NCBI RefSeq assembly: GCF_006345805.1
Contig: NC_042997.1
Coordinates: 151,094,001-151,158,000 of the forward strand
Reading direction: 5' to 3'
From: Octopus sinensis
Taxonomy: Eukaryota
DNA: 64,000 nucleotides
Shown: piece after piece, positions 14,342-26,139 of the stretch
Numbering within the stretch: position 1 is the first letter of the stretch
Layout of the letters: the number at the start of each line of letters is the position of its first letter
Made by a program: the position numbers and the translations under genes
Notes under the pieces: generated by a model
Databases searched by the model: none
Seen by the model: the letters and a program-made list of their open reading frames with translations, nothing else
What the model was told of the DNA's origin: nothing

Positions 14342-14833
14342 GAGTGAGAGAGCAGTGCATGCCATCAAAGTGACACTGGGGTAAAATATACGAAGCCCAG
14401 TATACCCATCATGACTACCCGTCTGATAAGGGTACAGTATGCACATGCATCACAACCATATGTGCGCAAAATGGTGATCTCATATTAAGATAAACAGCAC
14501 ATGACCTTGAAGATAGGGCCCAGTTAGAATTTTCTTCTGGTGGACTAACACATCCCGCTCGAAAGACCCCTGAATAAGGGTTGTTTAAGGATGTTTAACG
14601 AAACGCCCATGTTTCCAGAGGTGAATTATCCAAACCCCAAAGAATCCCTATCAACATGGCTTTGATGCTCCCCCACTACTTCTGCTCGTGATCAGAGATG
14701 CACATATCGTCAGCCACTAAGGGACATGAATATTTGCTGTAGCCCATCTTTTATAACAAGACAAACAATCTACATAATAACACTTCCAATCAGTTAAGAT
14801 CAGAAGCCACGAGAGCCACTGTCTGGTACTGCA
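14342..14833 (-). mobile_element. ~550-bp non-coding (TAA)n-associated retroelement, copy 1 (internal deletion)
   Basis: Highly similar to copies 2 and 3, flanked by (TTA)n, and lacks the segment between gggacatg and aatatttgc. Strand inferred from the (TAA)n tail and neighbouring LINE. Confidence 0.85.
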
Positions 14834-14847
14834 TTATTATTATTATT

Positions 14848-15393
14848 GAGTGAGCGAGCAGAGCATGCCATCAAAGTGACACTGGGGTAAAATATACGAA
14901 GCCCAGTATACCCATCATGACTACCTGTCTGATAAGGGTACACCAGGCACATGCATCACAACCATATGTGCGCGACATGGTGATCTCATATCAAGATAAA
15001 CAGCACATGACCTTGCAGGTGGAGCCCAGTTAGAATTTTCTTCAGATCGAGTAATCCATCCCGCTCAAAAGGTCCCTGAATAAGAGTTGTTTAAGGACGT
15101 TGAACGAAACACCCATGTTTCCAGAGGTGAATTATTCAACCCCAAAGAATCCTTCTCAACACATGGCTATGATGCTCCCCCACTACTTCTGCTCGTGATC
15201 AGAGATGCACATATCGTCAGCCACTAAGGGACATGCTCAACTGGTTAAGGTCAAACAACTGACAAGCAAATCTGTGGTATTGAGCAGAATATTTGCTGTA
15301 GCCCATCTTTTATACCAAGACAAAACAATGTACATGATAACATTTCCAATCAGTTAAGATCAGAAGCCATGAGAGCCACTGCCTGGTACTGCA
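14848..15393 (-). mobile_element. ~550-bp non-coding (TAA)n-associated retroelement, copy 2
   Basis: gagtgag...ggtactgca boundaries, (TTA)n on both sides. Confidence 0.85.
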
Positions 15394-15573
<180 letters not shown>

Positions 15574-16122
15574 GAGTGAGAGAGCAGTTCATGCCATCAA
15601 AGTGACACTGGGGTAATATATACGAAGCCCAATATACCCATCATGACTACCCGTCTGATAAAGGTACACCAGGCACATGCATCACAACCATATGTGCGCG
15701 ACATGGTGATCTCATATCAAGATAAACAGCAAATGACCTTGCAGGTGGGGCCCAGTTAGAATTTTCTTCAGGTTGAGTAGCCCATCCCGCTCAAACGGTC
15801 CCTGAATAAGGGTTGTTTAAGGGTGTTGAAAGAACCACCCATGTTTCCAGAGGTGAACTATTCAAACCCCAAAGAATCCCTCTCAACACATGGCTATGAT
15901 GCTCCCCCACTACTACTGTTCGTGATCAGAGATGCACATATCGTCAGCCACTAAGGGACATGCTCAACTGGTTAAGGTCAAACAATTGATAAGCAAATCT
16001 GTGGTATTGAGCAGAAAATTTGCTGTAGCCCATCTTTTATACCAAGACAAAACAATGTACATGATAACACTTCCAATCATTTAAGATCAGAAGCCATGAG
16101 AACCACTGCCTGGTACTGCATC
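15574..16122 (-). mobile_element. ~550-bp non-coding (TAA)n-associated retroelement, copy 3
   Basis: Same boundaries, (TTA)n on both sides. Confidence 0.85.
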
Positions 16123-16219
<97 letters not shown>

Positions 16220-16282
16220 GTTGTTGTTACTGTTGTTGTTGTTATTATTATTATTATTAATTTTTTTTATTATTATCATTAT

Positions 16283-16500
16283 CGTTCCTTCGTAACCCGT
16301 TGTAGGTTAAAATGCAACGACGTTTTTAGTCATCTGTCAAGTCACAGCAAGGACCTTCGACAGATAATATTTTCTTGATGATGAGCACTGTGCCCAACAA
16401 AGCTGCTTTTTGCAAGATATCAGTTGTAGCCCACCTTTTCTATCAAGGCAAAACATGTATATGACAACACTTCCTATCAGTTAACATCAAAAGCCACGTG
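16283..16500 (-). mobile_element. Short hybrid element: end of the 550-bp element joined to an R4/Dong-like LINE 3' end
   Basis: 16425-16500 matches the right end of the 550-bp repeat. 16360-16425 encodes DILQKAALLGTVLIIKKILS, an R4/Dong C-terminal motif. A (TAA)n tail follows. Confidence 0.6.
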
Positions 16501-16544
16501 GTTATTATTATTATCATTATCATCATCGTCATTATCATCTTCAC

Positions 16545-19000
16545 TTCGTTTGAATTTTGTTTTCATTTCTTGTCTTCCTGACACATAGGGCAGAGAAACT
16601 TACTGTAAAGGAAAAAAGAAAAAGTAAAGAGGGAAAAAGGTAAAGGAAAAAATAAAAAGTAAACAAAGAAAATAAAGGGGTAAAAGGAAAGAAAATCCAC
16701 ACCGATAACGCTCGTCCCAATACGTGTGATGTACCTCTTTAGACAATGTTTTGCAATTCCTGGATGGATAGTAAACCAGGGATCATCCTCAGATAATTGT
16801 GTGCCCCTTTTTTTGCTCATTCCATTCGCTCCTACAATCACTGCTATTGTAACCGTCTTGAGATGCTACCTTTTTTCGATTACGATCAACAAATCTTTAT
16901 ATTTTCTGAGCTTATCAAATTATTTTGCCGAGATATTTTGATCACAAGGTATACTTATGTGAATCAATAAACATACCTTATTGTTGTGGTCTTTCACAAC
17001 AATATCTGATTTATTTGCTTTACTGGTCCGCTCTGTACGTACTGAAACGTCCCTAAGAATCGTTACTCTTTAGCTTCCTCAGTGTGGTGCTTGCACCATT
17101 TCTCAGCAGTTTTGATTTTATAATGCTAAGATATTATCCAGTGTAGATATAATCCAACACCGTCATGTCTTGACTTGTACTCTACATGTGCTAAAACCTG
17201 ACACCCAGAGATTAGGTGGTCCACTGTTTAAATCTTATAGTTGCAGTATTGGTACTTTGTGTCTACTCCATTTGTCATCACATTGGCTTGATGGTTCCGG
17301 TTCAGTAAACCCTAATCTTGAGCAACCAAGATAAAGCCCTCGCTCTCTGACTTTGGCCCTAAGCTCCGTAGCCACTGAGGGGTGAGCTTCTGATCTACAT
17401 CAGCTAGTTTGCTACGGGCAACATATTTGCTATGCAGAGCTTTCTGCTCACGCCTTTCTGACAATTGTTCAAATACATTTTGCATTGCCATTGATTGCAC
17501 TTAATTTTCCAACAAAAGCTGCCGTACTTCCATCATTCTTTTCAACCTGTGTATTATGCATGAAAACACTAGCAAATTTTTTCGCTCCTTCTTAACTGAA
17601 TAAAGCTTCTTACGTCTCTCGTGTTTTTCAACAAGTTTTAGTATCTCATAACAGAAAGAAGATTCTTACGTCTCGTGTTTTTTCAACAAGTTTTAGTATT
17701 TCATAACAGAAAGAAAATTCTTGCGCTTCTCGTAATTTTCAATAGCACTTCCAATTGTTTAGCCTGTGTAAGTTGGATGTTTTATTTTGGTTTTCAATTG
17801 TGTATTGTCTTCTTAGAAGTTTGTGTCGTAATAAATTTGCAGCGTTTAGTGGAGTTATCTTATGTATCATGCGCATATACATGTCGATATTTTGGAAAAT
17901 AATTATTGCGTATTGTTAAACATGCTCAATGCACCTATTATGAGAAGCTTTAACTTTGTTTTTAATTCGTATATGTTTGTTGAATAATTTCCATTTCGTC
18001 TGTTGCGTTTAATGTTTGTAAAAAGCAATACGCCACTTTCTTGATAACAATATACGGTTAAAATGCCTTGACCACCCTATGTGTGTGGAAGTCTATAAAA
18101 ACTACTCCGCTATATCTATGTTATCTATTGTTTCTTAGTAACCTCTTTATCTTTAGCTGACCCTTTATTTATATCGTGTAACATTATGTGTTTTCTTTGG
18201 AGGTTTATGGAGGGAAGGAGTCGATCTTGTGCTACAATAAATTACTCATTGACTTGAGCTTTCAATGATGCGTATCTCACACCCTTATTTAGATTTTTGT
18301 TCCTTTTCAGCCTTGTTATTGGACATGTAAACTTTTTTCTTGCAGTCGTTTCACAATATCGTTATGTAGTTCAATACCCTTGTTTCAACGCTGGTGTTTT
18401 ATTCTTTCTTGCCAAAGCAGTATTTATTTAATATCTGTTAGCTTCTCTGAAGAAAGAAATCCATAATTTTCTTTCTTTCTTTTTTCTTTCAAGTTTTCTT
18501 GATATTTGAATTAGTTGTTTATATTCTCATGAAGGATATTTTATAATAATGTACACTTGCGGAAGCCCTATATTCATGATAAATATATTTCAATGTCGGA
18601 TTTAGCGCGCCTTTATGTTTTCTTTACTTCTGTCTTAACTGCACGTTCATTTTCGCATATTATAGGCAAGAAATATTAACTAGAATAGCAACAATATTGA
18701 TGTGTATTATCTTATTTTTATTTTGCTTAAGGTTTGGAGTAGAACGTCAATAATATTTCTTCCCAAACTGTTCTGTCACTTTTCTCTGTTATACTCTGTC
18801 TCGTGAATTAATTCCTATGGATTTGTAAATAATGATGTTTTAGTTCTTGCCTCTATGCTCATTTATCTAACATAACATTTCATGAATTTCTTCTATTAAA
18901 TTTAATCTCTTCAAGACTGTCATGACAAATTTCTACTCGTAATTTCATACCAACATAATAATTCTATGTAATCCTTGTAGGACCGTCATCAGTTTTTTTT
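16545..19000 (-). mobile_element. Decayed R4/Dong-clade non-LTR retrotransposon (RLE type), internally deleted
   Basis: WLRSLGPKSESEGFILVAQD, VDHLISGCQVLAHVEYKSRHD, ANKSDIVVKD and IVIVGANG...GTSRI motifs, with a TAA/TGA-rich tail. No RT core is visible and the 5' boundary is approximate. Confidence 0.75.
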
Positions 19001-19529
19001 TATTTACGCAAGCATATAATGAGGTAATCCATATACAAAATATGACTGATAACTTTCCTACAGCATTTGCATTGAAGCCCTGCCTAAAGCAGAGTGGTGC
19101 TAAAATGCATAAACTCCAGATAAAATAGCAGATATGGGCAGCATTCTCCTGGTTATATTCCTCATTCTATAAAAGAGACTTGCTTTCATAACTCTTTCTG
19201 CTGTTTCCATCTGCCGGAGTGAGATATTTTATTATGAAGCAAGTTTAGTTGATTATTACTAATAATTTATATTTTTCCTACTAACTCTTTTTTCCTGAAA
19301 GCATGTGTGAAAAACAGTAAAATGGTTCTGGTGATCATATCTATTACACGCTCAAAGAATTACTTTTCGTTCCTCGGTATTCAGATGAGGTTGAGTGAAG
19401 AGAAATTGATATTAGTAAATATATGATGAAAGTTTGTAGCATTCGATATTTTTTTCTAAAAAGGACTGACTCATTGCAAAACCCCGAAAAAACTATCTAT
19501 TGGTGTGTCCGGAAAGTTCGTGCCGATTG

Positions 19530-20007
19530 TTAAAGGAAACGCAATATTCCAGGATGATAATGCACCAATTCACACTGCTAAGGTTTTTACTGAATGGCAC
19601 GGGGGAAATTCTAATGACGTTGAACATCTTGTCTGGTCAGCACAGTCCCTAGATCTCAATATTATTGAACATTTCTTGTGTATTTTAGAAAAAACAAAAA
19701 GGCAGAATAGAAATTTGTCATGACAGTCTTGAAGAGATTAAGTTTAATAGAAGAAATTCATGCAATGTTATGTTAGATAAATGAGCATAGAGACAAGATG
19801 TTGATATCTCCATTATCATTACTAGAATTGGAAACTGCTTTGGATGAAGAACGGTGAAAAACGACTTTGGTAACAGTTGAACCTTTGTACGAGTCCATAC
19901 CGCGTAGAATTCAAGCTGTAATTACTTCCAAAGGGTGTCTTACCCTGTATTAAAATATATTTGTTTGAAATTTTAACGTATTTCCATTGTTTTGTCTAAC
20001 CCCTGTA
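19530..20007 (+). mobile_element. Tc1-like transposon 3' remnant with right TIR
   Basis: IFQDDNAPIHTAK...WSAQSLDLNIIEH (DD34E region), then LYESIPRRIQAVI, and a TIR ending cccctg|TA. Confidence 0.8.
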
Positions 20008-20155
20008 TATATATATATATTTATATTTATATATACATATATATATATAAATAAAATTAATCCAAACAAGAAAACACAAAAAAAACACAACAACGCGGGG
20101 ACGTGGAACAAATATAGTATTATTGGACGCTCAGGAAAGAAGGGAAGAAGGAGGA

Positions 20156-20188
20156 TTTAACGTTTCGGGCGGAGCTCTTCGTCGGAAA
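20156..20188 (-). ncRNA. Minimal hammerhead-like motif in a ~210-bp (TA)n-flanked element (20050-20260)
   Basis: TTT-CCGACGA-AGAGC(tcc)GCCC-GAAACGTT-AAA. The core is one substitution from CUGANGA and stem III is the palindrome AACGTT. Confidence 0.55.
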
Positions 20189-20273
20189 CATAGGAGAAGG
20201 AAAGATCCAGAGAAGGGAAGACAGAGGAAAAAAAATCGACAATGGTACACACGAGGTCATATATATATATATA

Positions 20274-20316
20274 TACAGGTGTTGGACAAAATAATGGAAA
20301 TACCGTAAAATTTCAA

Positions 20317-20318
<2 letters not shown>
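20274..20318 (+). mobile_element. Solo Tc1 TIR
   Basis: TAcaggtgttggacaaaataatggaaatacc is near reverse-complementary to 19963-20007. Confidence 0.7.
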
Positions 20319-20358
<40 letters not shown>

Positions 20359-20391
20359 TAAATATATACATACATGCACACACTCACGCAC

Positions 20392-20430
<39 letters not shown>

Positions 20431-20518
20431 GAGAGAGGGCTGGATTTTACAAAAAATACAAAAATATAAGATGAAGACGGGTGTGTAAACAACAAACTGA
20501 TGCTTTAGTTTAACAATC

Positions 20519-20553
20519 ACTTTTACGTTTCGAGCCTACGTTTTCAACAGAGG
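20519..20553 (-). ncRNA. Degenerate hammerhead-like motif in a ~180-bp element (20430-20610)
   Basis: CT-CTGTTGA-aaacgtaggctc-GAAACGTA-AAAG. Same layout as 20156-20188, with damaged core and stem II. Confidence 0.4.
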
Positions 20554-21413
20554 GGAACTCAGAAATAAACAGAGAGAGAAAAAAAGTTTTCGTGGCTAGC
20601 GATCAATCATATATATATAAACGTGTGTATATATGTGAGTCTGTATATGATCGTATATACGTATATGTGCGGGCGTACATTTATGTAAGGTTTAATTTCA
20701 ATAATTTCGGTTAACGTAGCAAGTCGTTTTTATTTCTTCGAGCTTCATCTCTCTGTAATTATATAATAAGCATTTCTCCTTCTAAAAAAGTGTGTCCTCT
20801 TCAGTTAGTTACATCAATGCAATCTACGTTTTGCTGACAAATACTCTGCTCATATTTCTCGCCATTTATAAGTTAATCCGTTACGGAAAAGAAACGCCTT
20901 GACATCGCACCTTCCTTTGTCTCCATCCATTTATGCATAAATATACTTCTACCTCTTTCACTATTTCTTCCATTCACTCAATTATACCTACCTTTGATAT
21001 ATTTTTCTGGTACAAAAATGTAAAAAAAAACAATAATAGAATATTTTCACCATGACGCACATACCCTAATAAACATCTTGAAATGTACAACTCCATTATA
21101 ATTGATACCACAGTCGTGCAAAGAATGCAGTCTCGAGCAGCATCTGTAGAAAAAGGCATGAATTAAAGGTATGTACTCCAGAATAACACTATTTCTGGAA
21201 GAAGACCGGTTTAATGGTGAATGAACGTGTGACACCGAAAAGCAATATGACTGCAGAATATCGATATCTCTCACGCGCTTTCACTTATTTGGTGATTACG
21301 TTTCGCCTGACTTTGAGATATGCTGTGATTTTAAACACAATAGGTGTGGATAAGTTCCACCCGTAGATGAAGTAATCCAGCTTCACACCGTTTAAGAGCA
21401 TAAATAAATTAGA

Positions 21414-21454
<41 letters not shown>

Positions 21455-21483
<29 letters not shown>

Positions 21484-22062
21484 CGTGCGTATATATGTAT
21501 GTATATATATATATATGTATATACATACATACATATATATATATATATATGTGTATGTATATACGTATATATACAAGATTAAAAGCCGTACACCATGCAG
21601 ACATTTAGACAGCTAAACAATATGTCTATTATATGTCTATAATGACTAACTGCCCCACCGGTGTTTGATCAGAGGATAAGGGCGGATGAGAATTAATTTA
21701 GTAATGCAATCAATCTATTGTTCCAATCCCAAGTTGAATTCCAACTGTTGGCCAATATGTCCCAAAGTTCTTATCGCGAGGAAAAATATATAAAGGAAAT
21801 GCTATTTATCTCCCCCTTTATCTCTGTCATCTAATTCGAGAAACAAATGAGGAGCAGATTTTCAATCTCGGGATCATCCTTATTCCCAAACGTTACATGT
21901 CTACGTAGGGTAAACTTAGACTGAGATACAGAGGTCACAGAGGGGCAGACAGAATTTCAATTTTATTAATATATATGTATGTGCGTATGTGTGTTCGTGT
22001 GGGATGTGCCTGAGTTTGTGGGTCTTTGTGTGTATGTATGCGTGTGTGTGAGTGACTGTATG

Positions 22063-22094
<32 letters not shown>

Positions 22095-22108
22095 CGTGCG
22101 TATATATG

Positions 22109-22147
<39 letters not shown>

Positions 22148-22680
22148 TATATATATGTGTATGTATATACGTATATATACAAGATTAAAAGCCGTACACC
22201 ATGCAGACATTTAGACAGCTAAACAATATGTCTATTATATGTCTATAATGACTAACTGCCCCACCGGTGTTTGATCAGAGGATAAGGGCGGATGAGAATT
22301 AATTTAGTAATGCAATCAATCTATTGTTCCAATCCCAGTTGAATTCCAACTGTTGGCCAATATGTCCCAAAGTTCTTATCGCGAGGAAAAATATATAAAG
22401 GAAATGCTATTTATCTCCCCCTTTATCTCTGTCATCTAATTCGAGAAACAAATGAGGAGCAGATTTTCAATCTCGGGATCATCCTTATTCCCAAACGTTA
22501 CATGTCTACGTAGGGTAAACTTAGACTGAGATACAGAGGTCACAGAGGGGCAGACAGAATTTCAATTTTATTAATATATATGTATGTGCGTATGTGTGTT
22601 CGTGTGGGATGTACCTGAGTTTGTGGGTCTTTGTGTGTATGTATGCGTGTGTGTGAGTGACTGTATGTATATATATATAT
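21455..22680. repeat. Near-perfect ~606-bp tandem duplication
   Basis: caagattaaaagccg occurs at 21574 and 22180. Outside the microsatellites only one indel and one substitution were seen. Confidence 0.9.
21645..21975 (-). mobile_element. Possible degenerate non-autonomous Helitron (duplicated at ~22251-22580)
   Basis: Minus-strand start tatattaataaaattgaaattctgtctg and end aacaccggtggggcagttagt resemble the termini of 11913-12313. Confidence 0.35.
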
Positions 22681-22751
22681 ATATATATATATTATTAGTG
22701 AATGGAAGAAATGGAGTTGAACGAAGATTGTACAGAATTCCTTTTATTACA

Positions 22752-22831
22752 TTCTACACATGTTTCAAAGGCCACAAATTTCCAAATTCTGATTAAATAA
22801 GGGTACCATATTGTGGCTTTCTCTTCAGGAA
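22752..22831 (-). ncRNA. Type-I hammerhead ribozyme motif (inverted copy)
   Basis: Reverse complement of 23547-23626, with stem II 5' strand AAAGCCACAA. Confidence 0.65.
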
Positions 22832-23546
22832 AAAACAGGAATTCCGTTGACAGAACAAAACAAAACAGAGGCGCAGCAACGCAATTCGAACGAGGACGCT
22901 CCTTAAGAGCCCATGGCTGAACTGTTTATCAATGTACGTTGAAATCGGGGGTTTGGTGCGTTGAAGATATCTACAGGTCAGGCGGCGGTCAGATCTAGTA
23001 GGTGAGAGCAAGGGGTGTGGAGATGTTCTGTGTGACCAACACTAATGTTCTGAATAATTTAGGAATACTGGGTGTATTTTTGGGGGCGAGGGGTATATAT
23101 ACCCTTAGGTTTCTTTGACGATGTTAAATTTTGACAAGCAGGCCTAGACGAACACACGAACACAAAAAATTTTTTCAGCCGCCTGACAGGTTTTTTCAGC
23201 AGTGATCATTATGTAGCCCCCCTCGCCAGCACACGGCCGCGCACACATAGGCCAGTATACACATACATGCTTTTAGGTAGTTTTTGTCTCGCCCCCATTG
23301 ATACACCCAGTATTCTTAAATTATTCAGAACATTAGTGTTGGTCACACAGAACATCTCCACACCCCTTGCTCTCACCCACTAGATCTGACCGCCACCTGA
23401 CCTGTAAATATCTTCAATGCACCAAACCCCCGATTTCAACGTACATTGATAAACAGTTCAGCCATGGGCTCCTAAGGAGCGTCCTCGTTCGAATTGCGTT
23501 GCTGCGCTTCTGTTTTGCTTTGTTCTGTCAACGGAATTCCTGTTTT

Positions 23547-23626
23547 TTCCTGAAGAGAAAGGCACAATATGGTACCCTTATTTAATCAGAATTTGGAAAT
23601 TTGTGGCCTTTGAAACATGTGTAGAA
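23547..23626 (+). ncRNA. Type-I hammerhead ribozyme motif
   Basis: TTC-CTGAAGA-g-AAAGGCACAA(loop)TTGTGGCCTTT-GAAAC(atgt)GTA-GAA. Intact core, predicted GUA cleavage site. Confidence 0.65.
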
Positions 23627-24333
23627 TGTAATAAAAGGAATTCTGTACAATCTTCGTTCAACTCCATTTCTTCCATTCACTAATAATATTAAATTTCAAT
23701 TATCCGCCCCAACGCACGGTTGCAACACCAAATGGTCTTACCTCCAACCGTGCTTTGTTCTGCTGTGATTTTTACTACCCAGGTATCGGTTAAACTTTTG
23801 AATAATCTGTAACAAGAAAATTCATCTTTCTATTTCAACAAATATATATATATATATTTTTTTTTTTCTAGTTTCAGCTCAGAGCTGCGGCCATGCTGAT
23901 GCACCGCCGTTTTGTGCTACACTGTTATTACGACGAACCTCGTCTAATATGTGGCACTTGGTGAAGAATAGAGTTTGATATAGCTACTCTCATTTGCACC
24001 TCTTGCCGTGAGGTAGGTTCATCTGGGACTCTTGACAGGAAGATGTCCAGCTTTGATTTAAAAACCGCTACATCTACTTTGTACAAGTTCCTCAGACTCT
24101 TTGGGAGAATATTAAAAAGCTGTGGGACCTTGAAACCCAGGCTGTTGCAGAAGCTGGTCCTGAAGCATTGCTGGGACCTTTGGCACTATGCAGTGTCGTC
24201 CCGTTCTAGCATTGGTGTAGCTTACAATGCCAAAATTTGGCACAATTCCTTCCAAGATCTTCCAGACATATATTACTGCATACCTCTCCCGTCTTCTCTC
24301 CAGGGAGTAGAGTCTTAGCTGTTTCAACCTTTC

Positions 24334-25734
24334 TCAGTAGCTGAGCTGTTGCAAAGAGACGATCTTCTCTGTGAATCTTCTCTGGATTGCTTCAGGGTCC
24401 GCTGTTAATTTTACACTGGTGGGTGACCATAGCTGTGAGCAGTAATCCAGGCGACTGTGGACGAATGTTTGCCAGAGGACCATCATGGTTTCCTTACCTC
24501 TGGTTCTGAATGTTCTTAGGATCCATCCAGCCAGTCGTATGCACTTTGTCGCCATCCTGGTAATGTGCACTTGGAAAGAGGTATCATCACTCATGTCGAT
24601 ACCCAGGTCCCTCACAGACTTAGGCTCTGGGATTGAAATTCCCTGTGGACCGGTGTATCCTGTAAGTTTAATATTCAGTTTTGGATGCTGGTAGCGTAGG
24701 GCCAGGAATTTTTCAGCATTAAACTGCATATTATTATCTTCAGCCCATCTGTAGATTGAGTCCAACTCCTGCTGCAGGTGTGCAACATCGCTGGGGTTCT
24801 GTATTTTCTGCGAGACTTTCATATCGTCTGCATAGCTGGCCAGAGTGGCTATCCGGGCATTTGAGGGCATATCTGAGAAGGCCACCATAAAAAGCAGTGG
24901 TCCTAAGACAGTGCCCTGTGGAACACCGCTCATTAATTGTGTGTTCATAGAGGTGGCTCCATTAACCACTACTGCCTGACTTCTATGTTTCAGGAAGTCA
25001 TGCAACCACACTCCAAGTTTTCCAGCTATGCCGAGGTCACGTAGTTTGTGGCATATCATACCATGATCCACCTTCTCAAAAGCTTTTGCAAAATCAAGGT
25101 AGATTACGTCCACATTTGATTTGTTGAGTAACTGCCTCAACACCCAGTCATAATGCTGTAAGAGCTGGGTCAGGCAGCTCCTACCTGGTCGAAAATCATG
25201 CTGGGTATCACTCAGCAAGTTATTTTCCTCAAGGAATACGATTAGTTTCTTTCTGACTATCCGTTCCATGACTTTGCTGATGTGTGAAGTCAGAGTGATA
25301 GGCCTATAGTTTTTGGCATCTGCTCTACTTCCCCCTTTATGTATTGGGTATATTATTCCCTCCTTCAGCTTGATTGGCAGTTTGCCATTCGCAAGGAAGC
25401 TCTGGAAGAGGATCTTGAGGGGTTTTGCCAAGGCATGCTTACACGCTCTGAGGAGGATGGCTGGGAAACCGTCTGGACCAGCAGCTGAGTTTGTGTCCAC
25501 TTCATCTATGGCTAGTAGGACATCTGTTTCGCTAATGTCAATACATTCTTTTGTAACCGCCTCGCTGGTTATAGGAGAGACGGCAAAGAAGTCCACTGGT
25601 TCGTTCACTTGTCTGTGTTCCAACGGGGTGGTAAAGACACTTTTGAACTGGTCATTCAGCATCTCACTGATCATAGTTGGACTGTCTGTGAGGAAGCCAT
25701 CCTTTTGGAGGAGGGGTCCTATCTTGTAGTGCAC
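24334..25734 (-). pseudogene. LINE ORF2 reverse transcriptase domain
   Basis: NYRPITLTS, YLDFAKAFEKVDH, GVPQGTVLGPLLF and YADD motifs. Premature stop before YSLERRRERY. Confidence 0.95.
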
Positions 25735-26122
25735 TGAGACTGTTTCTTTCGCCGTAATGAATGAAGGCCTTTGGGTCTGATTTAATGTTTTTTATAACCC
25801 AGGCTTCTTTGTCTGCTTTCTCCTTCACATAGGATTGTTGCAACCTTTTTTCGATCTCCATCAGTGTTGTTTTTAGGCGGGACGTTTCGCTACTTTTGGG
25901 ATGTTGCTTGAGACGATTTGCAACCTTCGTCCGTCGTGTCATGAGGATCTTCCTGTCTCTTGGAATCTTGCTCCTATTTGTTTTGGCCTTGTGCTCTGGG
26001 ACATATTTCTGGCATACGGCTTGCACAGAGGACATAAAACATTCTAGTTTCATGTCAATGTCTGGTGTGGAGAGACATTCCGGCCAGTCCTCTCTGAGGA
26101 TCTCTTTTTGGATCGATTTCAA
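25664..26122 (-). pseudogene. LINE ORF2 linker between endonuclease and RT
   Basis: Collinear and homologous to the 62935-63735 translation. Confidence 0.85.
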
Positions 26123-26139
26123 ATCTGCTTTGTGGAAGT

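Larger units (their letters stand above)
22690..23845. mobile_element. Non-coding Penelope-like element with ~390-bp inverted arms
   Basis: 22690-23077 is the reverse complement of 23301-23688 with few mismatches. Spacer ~220 bp, right extension ~155 bp, (TA)n flanks, hammerhead motif in each arm. Confidence 0.75.

Noticed and set aside
22793-23585. Twin 72-aa ORFs on opposite strands (also the pair 49599-49844 and 49946-50407)
   Set aside because: They are by-products of inverted repeats, with no recognisable domains and non-ATG starts or indel-broken frames.
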